DNA of 64,000 nt from Xanthobacteraceae bacterium (GTDB lineage: Bacteria > Pseudomonadota > Alphaproteobacteria > Rhizobiales > Xanthobacteraceae). The stretch spans positions 1,259 through 65,258 of the forward strand of contig DATGVJ010000374.1 of NCBI GenBank assembly GCA_035300505.1. The letters run 5' to 3'. This document shows, one piece after another, positions 9,289-19,289 of the stretch; the first letter of the stretch is position 1, and each line of letters starts with the position of its first letter. The position numbers and the translations under genes were made by a program. The notes beneath the pieces were generated by a model, which was not told the origin of the DNA, ran no database searches, and was given only the letters and a program-made list of their open reading frames with translations.

Positions 9289-11289
9289 CTACTCCGCCGG
9301 TTGCAGCGCGCCCCCGCCCTTTTCCTGTCGCCGCGCCCGCTTTGGCGCCCCAACCCGCAATCGCCGATCGGACAGCGACAGGCCACCACCTATAACCATG
9401 ACCACGGCGCCAAGCCAGATCAGCAGCACCAGCGGCTTGTAATAGAGACGCACGGGGATCGACCCATCCGCGTTGGGGTCGCCAAGTGCAAGATATAGCT
9501 GGCCGACCCCACGGGTCATCAGAGCCGATTCGGTGGTGCCGGTCCCGCGCGACGGGAAAGTCTTTTTGGAAGGCTCCATCGTCCCGATGACTTCGCCGTT
9601 CTGATGGCGCCGAACGGTAAATTGTGCCGCAAACTCCTTATAATTGGGCCCCTGCCGCTCGCTGACACTTTCGAAGTTGAGGTCCCAACGACGGATCGAA
9701 ATGGTCTGTCCGGGCTTGAGTTCGGCAATGCGCTCCGCACCGAGCTGCGTCTCGCCAATGATTCCCAACAACGTCACACCCAGCCCGATGTGCGCAAATG
9801 CCGTTCCCCAGGTCGAACGCGGGAGGCCGCGCGCGCGCGCCAGCGCAGTGCGAACCGGAACTTTCAGCAATGCGGTTCGTTCGACCAGATCGGTCAAGGC
9901 GCCGGCGATGACAAAGACCGCAAGCCCGATCGCGAACGGAACCAGGACCGGACCGCCACCTTCCGCCGCATAGGCTGCCGCAATGCCGATCACCGCAATG
10001 GCTGCTGCCCCCATCAAGCGTTGCGCCACGCCGAGAAGGTCGCCACGCTTCCACGCCATCAATGGACCGAAGGGCACCACCAACAGCAGCGAAAGGAACA
10101 ATGGTCCAAAGGTCAGGTTGAAGAACGGCGGTCCCACCGAAATTTTCTCGCCGGTCACGGCTTCGAGCGCGAGCGGATAAAGCGTTCCGAAAAACACCGC
10201 ACCGCAGGCGCACACGACCAGAAGATTGTTGAACACCAGCGCACCCTCGCGCGAAACCGGCGCGAACAGGCCACCCTGTTTGAGCAGCGGCGCCCGCAAC
10301 GCAAAGAGCGCCAGGCTGCCACCGATGAACAGAACCAGGATGCCGAGAATAAAGGCGCCGCGTGCCGGGTCGCTCGCAAATGTATGCACGGAAGTAAGCA
10401 CGCCCGAGCGCACCAGAAATGTGCCGACCAGCGAAAGTGAAAAGGCCAGGATGGCAAGCAGTATGGTCCAGATCTTCAGGGCGTTACGCTTCTCCATGAC
10501 AACGGCGGAATGAAGCAGTGCCGTGCAAGCAAGCCAAGGCATGAACGAAGCGTTTTCGACCGGATCCCAGAACCACCAGCCGCCCCAACCCAGCGTATAA
10601 TAGGCCCAGAACGAGCCCATCGCGATACCGAGTGTGAGAAACATCCAGGCAAGCAACGTCCACGGGCGCACCCAGCGCGCCCAGGCGGCATCGATTCGTC
10701 CATCGATCAAGGCTGCGATCGCAAACGAGAACGAAATGGAAAGGCCCACGTAGCCGACATAGAGCAGCGGCGGATGGATAGCGAGGCCAGGGTCCTGCAG
10801 GATGGGATTGAGGTCACGCCCTTCCAATGGGGCGACCGGCATGCGCAGGAACGGGTTGGACGACACGAGAATGAACAGATAGAACGCAAACGCTATAAGA
10901 GACTGGACCGCGAGCACATTTGCCTTCAGGCGCGCCGGCAAATTGTCGCCGAACAACGCCACCAAGGCACCGAAAACGCTGAGAATGAGCACCCACAGGA
11001 TCATCGAGCCTTCATGATTGCCCCAGACGCCGGAGATTTTGTAAATAAGCGGCTTCGCGGAATGGGAATTTTCATAGACGTTGGTGACGGAGAAATCCGA
11101 CTGAACGTAACAGGCCACCAGAGCCACAAAAGCGAATGCAACAAAAAAGAATTGCGCAATCGCGGTCGGGCCGGCCACACCCATGAGTGCAAGGTCGTTC
11201 CGGCGAGCGCCATAAAACGGCACGCAGACCTGCACCAACGCAAGAACGAGGGCAAGTACGAGAGCATAGTGGCCGAGTTCGGCAATCAT
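9289..11289 (-). CDS. ccmF: cytochrome c haem lyase subunit CcmF/CycK
   Basis: Polytopic membrane protein with the WWD motif GWGGWWFWDPVENASFMPWL. Real start is MIAELGHYALV at ATG 11289; the track's 11460 start is an upstream extension overlapping ccmE. Confidence 0.93.
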   Translation of the reverse strand: MIAELGHYALVLALVLALVQVCVPFYGARRNDLALMGVAGPTAIAQFFFVAFAFVALVACYVQSDFSVTNVYENSHSAKPLIYKISGVWGNHEGSMILWVLILSVFGALVALFGDNLPARLKANVLAVQSLIAFAFYLFILVSSNPFLRMPVAPLEGRDLNPILQDPGLAIHPPLLYVGYVGLSISFSFAIAALIDGRIDAAWARWVRPWTLLAWMFLTLGIAMGSFWAYYTLGWGGWWFWDPVENASFMPWLACTALLHSAVVMEKRNALKIWTILLAILAFSLSLVGTFLVRSGVLTSVHTFASDPARGAFILGILVLFIGGSLALFALRAPLLKQGGLFAPVSREGALVFNNLLVVCACGAVFFGTLYPLALEAVTGEKISVGPPFFNLTFGPLFLSLLLVVPFGPLMAWKRGDLLGVAQRLMGAAAIAVIGIAAAYAAEGGGPVLVPFAIGLAVFVIAGALTDLVERTALLKVPVRTALARARGLPRSTWGTAFAHIGLGVTLLGIIGETQLGAERIAELKPGQTISIRRWDLNFESVSERQGPNYKEFAAQFTVRRHQNGEVIGTMEPSKKTFPSRGTGTTESALMTRGVGQLYLALGDPNADGSIPVRLYYKPLVLLIWLGAVVMVIGGGLSLSDRRLRVGAPKRARRQEKGGGALQPAE

Positions 11290-11311
11290 CGTGTATGCTC
11301 CTTCATTGTGT

Positions 11312-11779
11312 TCATTGCGCCTTGGCCTGAGGACCGGCTGGTTCGTCGCCCATTTTCCAATGGCCCTGTTTCTTGAGCGCATCGGCAACTTCTTTGGGCA
11401 TATACTTTTCATCGTGCTTTGCCAGCACGTTGTCGGCCTTGAACGTGCCCGCAGGGTCAAGCGTCCCTTCGGTTACGACTCCCTGTCCCTCTCGGAAAAG
11501 ATCAGGCAGCAGACCCTGGTAGGCAACTTGTATCGTATTCTTGCCGTCCGTGACGGCGAAATTGACCTGCAGGTTTTCCCCCTTAAGCACGCTGCCTTCC
11601 TTGACCAATCCGCCAAGCCGGATGCGGGAACCGGGGGGTATCTGCTTCTCCACCACATCAGATGGCGAATTGAAGAACACGATTGCGTCATTGAGCGCTC
11701 CAAGAACAAGCGCGACCGCGACACTAAGCACAGCGAGGCAGGAGCCGATCAGCGCGAGACGTCGTTGTTTGCGGGTCAT
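11312..11779 (-). CDS. ccmE: cytochrome c maturation haem chaperone CcmE/CycJ
   Basis: N-terminal anchor [18 protein letters not shown] and haem-binding region [13 protein letters not shown]. Confidence 0.92.
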   Translation of the reverse strand: MTRKQRRLALIGSCLAVLSVAVALVLGALNDAIVFFNSPSDVVEKQIPPGSRIRLGGLVKEGSVLKGENLQVNFAVTDGKNTIQVAYQGLLPDLFREGQGVVTEGTLDPAGTFKADNVLAKHDEKYMPKEVADALKKQGHWKMGDEPAGPQAKAQ

Positions 11780-12154
11780 TACGCGTTTCCACAACTGGAG
11801 TTCGGATTCGAAATTACTCCGGCATTAGGGCACAAACTCGTCACGGAGTTGAAGAATTTGGAGACGGCGCCCTCGAAATCGACAGGACACCAGCCTCTGA
11901 ACCATTCCCGTCTGGGCACTCAAGACTATCGTCTATTCGTATCCCCCGCAACAATCGCGGTAACTTCAGTTCCGCCCACCCTACAGCAAGCCCGGAATCA
12001 ATAAAACCGGGTGGTACGCCTAATTTGGTACATGCTTCTTATATTTGAAGGCAAGCTGCGGCAATTCGCCAGAGGGCATCAGGGCTTGCATCGCCAATTG
12101 CCGGCACGCGTTCCAATACGTTGGCGCCGATTGACCGGAACAATCCGGATTCTG

Positions 12155-13189
12155 TCAGCCCCCGATGCCGAGTTCCTTAGCCAATTCCTCGATCTGTCGA
12201 AGTTTTTCGGGATCGGCGGCCAATGCCCGCCGCGCATCGGCTGCCGCCGCCTTGGCCTTGTCGCGATCGCCCAGCACGACATAAGATCGAACGAGCGTCA
12301 GCCATAACGCCACATTAGAGCCATCGTGCTGTATGCGTTCGGCCAAACGGGCAACCATTGCGGCAGGGTCCGGGGCCCCAGCCACGCGAACTATTTCGCG
12401 CCGGATAAAATCCGCATAGGGCGCATCCGCGGGCGCCTCAGCCAGTATGGCGCGCCAAAGGGCGGCCGCATCATTCGGGTGGCCACCCTGTTCGGCAGCA
12501 AGCCCGAGGAAGTAACGCGCCTCGATATTTTGCCGATCAAGCGTCACCGCACGTTCGAACAATTTCTTTGCTTCGGCACCTACGTTTCCGTCGGCGGCCG
12601 CCACGAGGGCCTCGCCCAGGCCCGCCAGCCGATCGGATGTTTCGCCACTCAACGCCAGCGCAGCACGGCGCGCCTTGACGGCGTCGTCAAATCGTCCGAG
12701 CCGGAAGTAAACCGGGGCGATCACCTCCCATCCGCGACCGTCATTGGGATTGCGCGCGAGATGATCCTCAACTTGCGCAAGCATTGCATCGACTGGCAGC
12801 GACTTCTCGCGTGACGCCAACGGCTGCCCGGGCAACGAGGGCGATCCCAATGCCAGATAGACCGATGCACTACCGACAGAAATGACCAGAGCCGCAAAAA
12901 CGGCGACGCGCCCGCGCGACCCGGTTGGACCTGCCGGCACTTCCGGGGCCTGCGCCGTTTCTGCATCGGCAGCCGCAAGCAACCGTCGCGAAACCTCGAC
13001 CTGGGCTGCTTCCGCCTCGCTTTCACCGATAAGACCAGCATTCCGATCGCGCTGAATCTCTTCGAGCTGGTCCTTGTACACGGCAACATCGCTACCCGAG
13101 CGGAGGCGGCGATTGGCGCGCATAAGCGGCCAAACCACGGCAAGAATTGCCGCAAGCGTCATCAAGGCAACCACGAACCAAAGCGCCAT
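12155..13189 (-). CDS. ccmI: c-type cytochrome biogenesis protein CcmI/CycH (TPR)
   Basis: N-terminal TM helix MALWFVVALMTLAAILAVVWPLM, a second TM helix, then a TPR-like C-terminal half. It sits immediately upstream of ccmEFH. Confidence 0.8.
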   Translation of the reverse strand: MALWFVVALMTLAAILAVVWPLMRANRRLRSGSDVAVYKDQLEEIQRDRNAGLIGESEAEAAQVEVSRRLLAAADAETAQAPEVPAGPTGSRGRVAVFAALVISVGSASVYLALGSPSLPGQPLASREKSLPVDAMLAQVEDHLARNPNDGRGWEVIAPVYFRLGRFDDAVKARRAALALSGETSDRLAGLGEALVAAADGNVGAEAKKLFERAVTLDRQNIEARYFLGLAAEQGGHPNDAAALWRAILAEAPADAPYADFIRREIVRVAGAPDPAAMVARLAERIQHDGSNVALWLTLVRSYVVLGDRDKAKAAAADARRALAADPEKLRQIEELAKELGIGG

Positions 13190-13438
13190 GGGACTTCATT
13201 TGCCCGAATTCGGCATTCCTGCGGTGTTCCCGCCGCCGATTTAAAACGAACTCGCGGATTGTTACACCACGACAACCGGCGGACCGCAACAGGTCGAGTG
13301 GTCGCGCCTGGAAATGGCGGAAAGTGAAAAATGGAACTTTGGTACTTCCAGGATGACGCCCGGCCACTCAAAACGTAGCAGCCGAATCAACAGAAAACGC
13401 GATCCCAATGTGCCGCTAATCCACCAAGTACGATGGCG

Positions 13439-13915
13439 CTACCCGACGGCGGTCCATGTCCCATCCGGGTTGCGACAGGCAGTCCCCCGCATAGCCTGGG
13501 GACGACCGTCAATATAGACCGTATGGGTGAAGGCGCGGCAGCGCATGCCGCGCGATACGTAATAAGGTCCGGGGATTACGGTACCATAATAGGTCGGACG
13601 ATCGCCGCGCCAGCCAACCGGTGCGCCTGGCGCACCACTCTCCAGCGCCGCCATCTCCGCCGCGTAGGCGCGCTGGCGGTCCTGCTCGTCCAGCGACGCC
13701 CCGATGGCGCTACCGAGCAGACCACCGGCTGCCGCGCCAACAACGGCACCAGCGAACCGATTCCCCGCTCCCCGGCCGCCGACCAGCGCGCCAAGCGCTC
13801 CCCCGGCGATCGCGCCGGTAACCGCGCCTGAATTCTGATTGGGCGAATAAGGGTCATTGGCGCAGGCAGAAACCGTCGCGGCGGCGAGCACGGCGACAAT
13901 GATCTTCGAAGTCAT
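13439..13915 (-). CDS. glycine-zipper outer-membrane lipoprotein (17-kDa surface antigen-like)
   Basis: Lipobox AATVSAC after MTSKIIVAVLA, and glycine zippers GAIAGGALGALVGG and GAVVGAAAGGLLGSAIG. Start ATG 13915 follows GGGGGA. Confidence 0.75.
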   Translation of the reverse strand: MTSKIIVAVLAAATVSACANDPYSPNQNSGAVTGAIAGGALGALVGGRGAGNRFAGAVVGAAAGGLLGSAIGASLDEQDRQRAYAAEMAALESGAPGAPVGWRGDRPTYYGTVIPGPYYVSRGMRCRAFTHTVYIDGRPQAMRGTACRNPDGTWTAVG

Positions 13916-14085
13916 CTTGATATCCCCCGACAACTGTCCCAAATTTTCGACGATGCTGGCGCACTTCTGCGCCAACTTTCTGACTTTTGTCGGACATCGG
14001 GATGGCAAACCACAGTTCACAAAGCAATTATGGCTAATAGTTCTTTAATCGAATCCGATCGCGCCAGAGGCGTTAGGTTAAGGAT

Positions 14086-14213
14086 CGTAGCCCAGATGAG
14101 CGCCCTTACATCAGCGCGTTTACGCGCATGATGTGGGCGCGATATCCGGGGCCACCCGTCCCCGCATGTCGCCATCTCGCGTGAAGAACGCGATCTGGCT
14201 CATGCGGGCTACG
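14086..14213. repeat. REP element, family B (CGTAGCCCAGATGAGCG ... GCTCATGCGGGCTACG)
   Basis: Terminal inverted repeats were seen directly. This sequence type is common in extragenic regions of Bradyrhizobiaceae genomes (recollection). Confidence 0.65.
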
Positions 14214-14243
14214 AGGTCCACCTAACACCTATGTCCGGCAGCG

Positions 14244-15620
14244 CTACACACTTGGCAGCAGCAATTCGGCCCTCAAGCCCCCAATCGGCGCAGTTCCCAA
14301 AGCCAGACCACCGCCGTAGAGCGTCGCGAGTTCCACCACGATCGAAAGGCCCAGTCCCGAGCCGGGCTTCGTCTCATCAAGGCGGTGACCGCGGTGCGCA
14401 ACTTGATCACGTTGTTGTGGGGTTAGACCCGGCCCATCATCGTCGACCAAAATATGCACGACCCGACGGTCACCGCCAGCTTCCGGACGCTCAATAAAGA
14501 TCTCAACGGAAACGCGCGATTGCGCCCATTTGCACGCATTGTCGAAGAGATTCCCGATCATCTCTTCGAGGTCCTGCCGCTCGCCGCGAAAACTCGCGTC
14601 GTCCTGAGCATCCAGATCGAAAGCGATCCCGCGTTCGCGATGAATTTTTTCCATCGTGCGCATAAGCGACATGATGACAGGCCGCACGTCCGTAACGGTA
14701 CCCAAGACCGCTACCCGAGCGGCAAGCCGCGCACGCTCCAGGTGGCGCGCCACCTGATCGCGCATGATATCAGCCTGTTCGCGGACTTTTGAAGCCAATG
14801 GATCGCCGGGATGCGCGTCCGCCTCGTTGATCATCACAGACAAGGGCGTCTTGAGCGCATGTGCAAGATTGCCGACATGAGTTCGGGCGCGCGTGACGAT
14901 ATCGCGGTTGGCATCGATCAGCGCGTTGGTCTCGCGGGCAAGTGGCGCCACTTCGACCGGAAAGCTGCCATCGAGACGCTCTGCCGTTCCGGAACGAATC
15001 GCCGCAAGGCCATCGGAAATACGATTGAGCGGTGCAAGTCCGAAACGGACTTGGAACGTGGTAATCAACAGCAGAACGAACCCCAGAAACGAAAATGTGA
15101 CAAGCAAAGCGAAATCGAACCAACGAATCTCCTCGTCGATCTCGGAAGCATCGCCGGCGACCGACACCAGGAAGCGCCCGTCATCGCCCAGATCGATCAT
15201 GCGCTCGACAATACGAAGCCGCTGATCTTCCGGCCCCTGGACGTAGCCCTGCCGGGAACCAGGCGCGCGCATGGGCCCCCCGGCTTCTTCGAGCTGAGGC
15301 AGCGTTGAATCCCATAGCGAACGCGAGGATTTCAACTCGGGCCGCGCCGTGTCGAGGCGCGTCACCTGCCAATACCAGCCCGACAACGGCAAATCGAACA
15401 GAAGCTCGCCGAGCGACTGCGGAAAACGATCGCTGGAATCGTCAGGTGTTGCCACATCGGCCACGAGCGTGCGCTGGTAGACGCCCAGGCGACGATCGAA
15501 GGAACGCTCGACCGCACCACGATAGACCGATGTCAACGCAATCGCTGTGATGACCAGGATGACGACCGTCCAGGCGGCTGCCGACAAGAACAATCGAAGC
15601 GCAAGCGAATTAGTGCGCAT
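14244..15620 (-). CDS. sensor histidine kinase (FeuQ/PhoQ-like)
   Basis: Two TM helices flank a periplasmic loop. H-box NLAHALKTPLSVM, plus DDDGPGL and GSGLGLSIV. It overlaps the upstream regulator by 11 nt. Confidence 0.85.
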   Translation of the reverse strand: MRTNSLALRLFLSAAAWTVVILVITAIALTSVYRGAVERSFDRRLGVYQRTLVADVATPDDSSDRFPQSLGELLFDLPLSGWYWQVTRLDTARPELKSSRSLWDSTLPQLEEAGGPMRAPGSRQGYVQGPEDQRLRIVERMIDLGDDGRFLVSVAGDASEIDEEIRWFDFALLVTFSFLGFVLLLITTFQVRFGLAPLNRISDGLAAIRSGTAERLDGSFPVEVAPLARETNALIDANRDIVTRARTHVGNLAHALKTPLSVMINEADAHPGDPLASKVREQADIMRDQVARHLERARLAARVAVLGTVTDVRPVIMSLMRTMEKIHRERGIAFDLDAQDDASFRGERQDLEEMIGNLFDNACKWAQSRVSVEIFIERPEAGGDRRVVHILVDDDGPGLTPQQRDQVAHRGHRLDETKPGSGLGLSIVVELATLYGGGLALGTAPIGGLRAELLLPSV

Positions 15621-16278
15621 CTGGCATATTCAGGAGATAACCGAGCCCGCGTACGGTTTGGATCACGTCCACGCCGAGCTTTTTTCGAATACGGCCGACA
15701 AATACCTCGATCGTATTGGAGTCGCGATCGAAGTCCTGGTCGTAGAGATGTTCGACCAATTCAGTACGCGACACCACGCGGCCGGTATGGTGCATGAGAT
15801 AGGCCAGCAGCCGGTATTCGTGCGATGTCAGCTTGACCGGATTGCCGTCGACGCTGACGCGGCCCGTGCGCGTGTCCAAGCGCACCGGACCACAATTGAG
15901 TTCGCTCTTTGCGTGCCCGGCTGACCGCCGAAGCAATGCCCGGATACGCGCGAGCACCTCTTCGAGGTGGAATGGCTTCGCCACATAATCGTCGGCACCG
16001 GCATCAAACCCCTGGACCTTGTCGCTCCAGCGGTCGCGCGCCGTCAGGATCAGAACCGGCATCATGCGCCCGCCCCGGCGCCAGGCTTCAAGAACCGAAA
16101 TGCCATCCATTTTTGGCAAGCCGATGTCGAGAATTACCGCATCATAAGGTTCGCTCTCACCAAGAAAGTGCCCTTCTTCGCCATCGAAGGCGCGGTCAAC
16201 CACGTAGCCCGCATCGGTCAGCGCGGTCGTCAGCTGCCGGTTTAGATCTGGATCATCCTCGATAACGAGGAGGCGCAC
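15610..16278 (-). CDS. OmpR-family response regulator (FeuP/PhoP-like)
   Basis: MRLLVIEDDPDLNRQL..DAVILDIGLPKMDG..LILTARDRWSDKV..ADDYVAKPF, followed by a winged helix. It closely recalls rhizobial FeuP, but the symbol is not asserted. Confidence 0.88.
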   Translation of the reverse strand: MRLLVIEDDPDLNRQLTTALTDAGYVVDRAFDGEEGHFLGESEPYDAVILDIGLPKMDGISVLEAWRRGGRMMPVLILTARDRWSDKVQGFDAGADDYVAKPFHLEEVLARIRALLRRSAGHAKSELNCGPVRLDTRTGRVSVDGNPVKLTSHEYRLLAYLMHHTGRVVSRTELVEHLYDQDFDRDSNTIEVFVGRIRKKLGVDVIQTVRGLGYLLNMPDAH

Positions 16279-16421
16279 GCATATCCTCCATTATTAAGAT
16301 GGGATCGATAACGTCTTAGCTCTTTGCACCCATGGTCACACCTATTACTTTGCCATCGCGCGTGGACACTGTCAGCACTTAATCTTGACAGGCCGACCCC
16401 AAATATGCTCGCCAAGAGACC

Positions 16422-17177
16422 ATGCGGCACACGATACTCGCCCACGTATTTGTCCTTTTGAGCCTGTTTCCAGCTGCCGCTATGGTCGGCGGTGCTGCGC
16501 CTGCTGGTCCGGCTGGTGACTCGGTGGTCACGCTGGTAAGTCCGCACGGCTCATGCAGCGGCGTCGCGCTTGCAAGTAGCTTGGTGCTGACCGCCGCCCA
16601 CTGCGTGCGACCGGGCTTCGATTACAAGATTGCAGAATATGACAATTCCAACAATTTGAAGTTGAAGGACGTCGCCGTCGTGCGACGCCATCCTGGCTTC
16701 GATGCGACCGCGGCCGAGCGCAATCTCGCCAGCGCCGATGTCGCGCTGCTCAAAATCGGGACGGCGCTTCGCAGCCGGCCCGCAGGGATCGCCCCAGCCG
16801 GCAGCACGGTCGCGGCCGGTGATCGCCTGGTCGTGGTGGGCACTGGCCTTGCCACGCCGGGCGAAGGAAAGAGCGGCGGCACGGCGCGCGCCGCCCAACT
16901 TGTCGTAACCGGCCAACCCGGCAGTCTTCAAATCCGGCTCATGGACCCCGCGACCCGCGGCGAGCAAGCGGGGCTGGGCGCCTGCACGGGAGACTCCGGT
17001 GCACCGGCCTTTCGCGACCACGACGGACGCCTTTTGGTGATAGGGATCGTGAGCTGGACGACGGGGCCGAAACTCTCCGAGGGTTGCGGCGGATTGACCG
17101 GCGTAACCCCGCTGACGCGCTATCGCGCCTGGATCGTCGATACCGCAAAAGCGCTTGGAAATCCGCTAAACCCTTAG
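16422..17177 (+). CDS. secreted trypsin-like (S1) serine protease
   Basis: Signal peptide and catalytic contexts LTAAHC, DVALLKI and GDSGAP. Confidence 0.8.
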   Translation: MRHTILAHVFVLLSLFPAAAMVGGAAPAGPAGDSVVTLVSPHGSCSGVALASSLVLTAAHCVRPGFDYKIAEYDNSNNLKLKDVAVVRRHPGFDATAAERNLASADVALLKIGTALRSRPAGIAPAGSTVAAGDRLVVVGTGLATPGEGKSGGTARAAQLVVTGQPGSLQIRLMDPATRGEQAGLGACTGDSGAPAFRDHDGRLLVIGIVSWTTGPKLSEGCGGLTGVTPLTRYRAWIVDTAKALGNPLNP

Positions 17178-17350
17178 TTTTCTGTATCAAAGAAACGCAA
17201 CCCGGCCCGAGCCTGTCTCAAGGTGGGACAATTTCATCCGGCGCGGCTCTTGCATCCTTTCCTTCGATTGAGCTCACCGCCGTTGGCGGCGCCCCGTATT
17301 GAGACCGCCGGTGCGGACACCCGGCGCGATCGGTCGCAAGGAGAGAACCG

Positions 17351-17746
17351 ATGTTGCACAAACCGACGTTGCACAAGTTGACAACCGCAGTTACGGCCTG
17401 GGGTGCGTTGGCATCGCTCGCGCTGTCGATCGTACCTTTGCCGGCATCCGCCGAAACCGTTATCGTGCCTTACGTGCCTGCACCAGCATGGAGCGAAACG
17501 GTCATTACGAACAACTGCTTCGGTTCGCGCAGGCTGGAGTCTTGCATTACGACGTTTCGTAATCTTAACCCCAATCCCTATGTCATTCACGTGCCGCCAC
17601 CCATTTCAGAACAGGCGATCGCGGAATATCGGCAGCGCGACAAGAAATGGGAAGAGCGCTGCAAACCGACCATCAGGCAAGATGCGTTTGGTGTCGCACG
17701 CTACGTCTATGCAGCGCGCGGGTGCGAATTCGGCAGACTGGATTGA
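17351..17746 (+). CDS. hypothetical exported protein
   Basis: AGGAGAG Shine-Dalgarno 6 nt before the ATG, signal peptide ending PASAE, and four Cys residues. No family recognised. Confidence 0.55.
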   Translation: MLHKPTLHKLTTAVTAWGALASLALSIVPLPASAETVIVPYVPAPAWSETVITNNCFGSRRLESCITTFRNLNPNPYVIHVPPPISEQAIAEYRQRDKKWEERCKPTIRQDAFGVARYVYAARGCEFGRLD

Positions 17747-17779
17747 CAAAAAAAGCCCCGGCCGAAGCCAGGGCTTTGT
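17747..17779. terminator. bidirectional rho-independent terminator
   Basis: AAAAAAAGCCCCGGCCGAAGCCAGGGCTTTG lies between the convergent genes ending at 17746 (+) and 17807 (-). A GC stem is flanked by an A-run and a T-run. Confidence 0.7.
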
Positions 17780-17806
17780 CGAGAACTGAATCAACAACGA
17801 GCTGGA

Positions 17807-17971
17807 TTACTTCAGCGTCGTGGCGATCGAGGTGAACTTGGCCGTCAAGTTGCTGCCGACGGACGTGAGCGCGACAATGATGGCGACCGAAATGAGCGCG
17901 GCGATCAGGCCGTATTCAATCGCGGTTGCACCAGATTCGTCCTTGGCGAAACGTGTAATAAGGTTTTTCAT
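17807..17971 (-). CDS. flp: Flp-family type IVb pilin (54 aa)
   Basis: Below the 60-aa cut-off of the ORF track. Hand translation gives MKNLITRFAKDESGATAIEYGLIAALISVAIIVALTSVGSNLTAKFTSIATTLK. It has the Flp motif G/ATAIEYGLI plus a hydrophobic helix. AGGAG lies 8 nt upstream of the ATG, and a terminator follows. Confidence 0.88.
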   Translation of the reverse strand: MKNLITRFAKDESGATAIEYGLIAALISVAIIVALTSVGSNLTAKFTSIATTLK

Positions 17972-18490
17972 TTGCAGTCTCCTGTTGGGTTGGTCGACAC
18001 CCGGACCGTAAATCGAGAGTTCTAGGAATCGGTTTCAGCGTTGATTCAAATTGTCCGCAAGAAAATTACACTTGCACAACGCTGTCCGCTCTTCTCCGGC
18101 CCCGAAAAGCCGCATGCCGACCGAACCAACATCTTGTAGATCAAAGGCTTTTTTCGATTTTCCGAGGACAAAAAAAGGCTGCAGAATGCACGACGGCGAG
18201 GCCCGCAAGATCACCGTCTATTAGGTATGTTCACAAGCACGCTTCGACTTATTCTTTCTTGCGCTCCATCCGGGAGCAGCACTCCTCAACAACAAGCAGG
18301 CTAACCCTAGGACTACAATATCCCAATGGGGCGGCGGTGGCGGGGCTGTTGTTGGGTATTGGAATCCGTGGATATCCAACGTCGTACCGGTGGCGACGCA
18401 CCCGAAATCGTTGTCTATTGTCGACATACGTCATCTTGCGGGTCGTTGACACGTGTGCTTCTTTTACAAAAGCAACCAATGGAGGCGACG

Positions 18491-19246
18491 ATGAGCGATC
18501 CGACAATGGCCTATGCGGCCTCTTCCGGCGCGCCCTTTCGCGTTGGCGCGGTCCTGAACCGAACGGTTGAAATTTTTCTAGCGGGTTTTGGCCGCCTCTT
18601 CGTGTTGGCGCTCCTCCCGATGTCTCCGCTTCTCGTCATTACACTTGTCAGCGGACAACTGACGCCGGCGAACCTGGCGGCATTCTCACTCTTGGGCGTG
18701 ATCGCGCTCGTGCTCAATATAATCCTCGGGGTTGTCGCCAACGCGATGATTCTGTTTGGCGCGTTTGAACTCATGCGCGGTGAAAGCTTTACAATTGGCC
18801 AGTCATTGCGGGTTGGCCTGTCGCGCACGTTGGCGGTTTTCGGCGTTTCCATCGTTACCGGCATTGCTGTCGTTCTGGGTCTGGTGGCGCTGATTGTTCC
18901 CGGGATCATCATCTTATGTATGCTGTATGTGGCAGTGCCAGCCTGCGTGATCGAAAAGCTGGGGGTCGGCAAGAGCCTGTCCAGGAGCAGCGCGCTGACC
19001 CGGGGGTACCGCTGGCCTATTTTCGGGATAATTTTGTTGACGATAGTCGGGTCTGCGGTTGTCAGTTACCTGGTAACACGTATCCTGGGGATGATTGGAG
19101 GCGCTATCGCCGTGATACTTTTCGGATTCGGTTGGCAGGTCGTTACGACGGCGTTTAGCGCGGTGCTTTCCGCCGTGATCTACCATGATCTCCGTGTTGC
19201 CAAAGAAGGCGTTGACGTTTCCAAACTGGCGAACGTCTTCGACTAG
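18491..19246 (+). CDS. polytopic membrane protein of unknown function
   Basis: GGAGGCGACG precedes ATG 18491. About 6 hydrophobic helices with a conserved-looking C-terminus, YHDLRVAKEGVD. The track start 18326 is an unlikely extension. Confidence 0.65.
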   Translation: MSDPTMAYAASSGAPFRVGAVLNRTVEIFLAGFGRLFVLALLPMSPLLVITLVSGQLTPANLAAFSLLGVIALVLNIILGVVANAMILFGAFELMRGESFTIGQSLRVGLSRTLAVFGVSIVTGIAVVLGLVALIVPGIIILCMLYVAVPACVIEKLGVGKSLSRSSALTRGYRWPIFGIILLTIVGSAVVSYLVTRILGMIGGAIAVILFGFGWQVVTTAFSAVLSAVIYHDLRVAKEGVDVSKLANVFD

Positions 19247-19252
19247 AGCGTT

Positions 19253-19289
19253 CCTAGCCCATGTTTGACTGTAAACATGGGCTAGGTTT
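19253..19289. terminator. 14-bp stem hairpin between convergent genes
   Basis: CCTAGCCCATGTTT-GACTGT-AAACATGGGCTAGG, then TTT. The right arm overlaps the stop codon of the RDD gene. Confidence 0.5.

Noticed and set aside
11290-11460. Upstream extensions of ccmF (to 11460), paralogue 2 (40169-40345), the membrane protein (18326-18490) and DUF5330 (63267-63494).
   Set aside because: The extensions overlap neighbouring genes or conserved non-coding DNA and lack a Shine-Dalgarno. The internal starts have good Shine-Dalgarno sequences and give family-typical N-termini.
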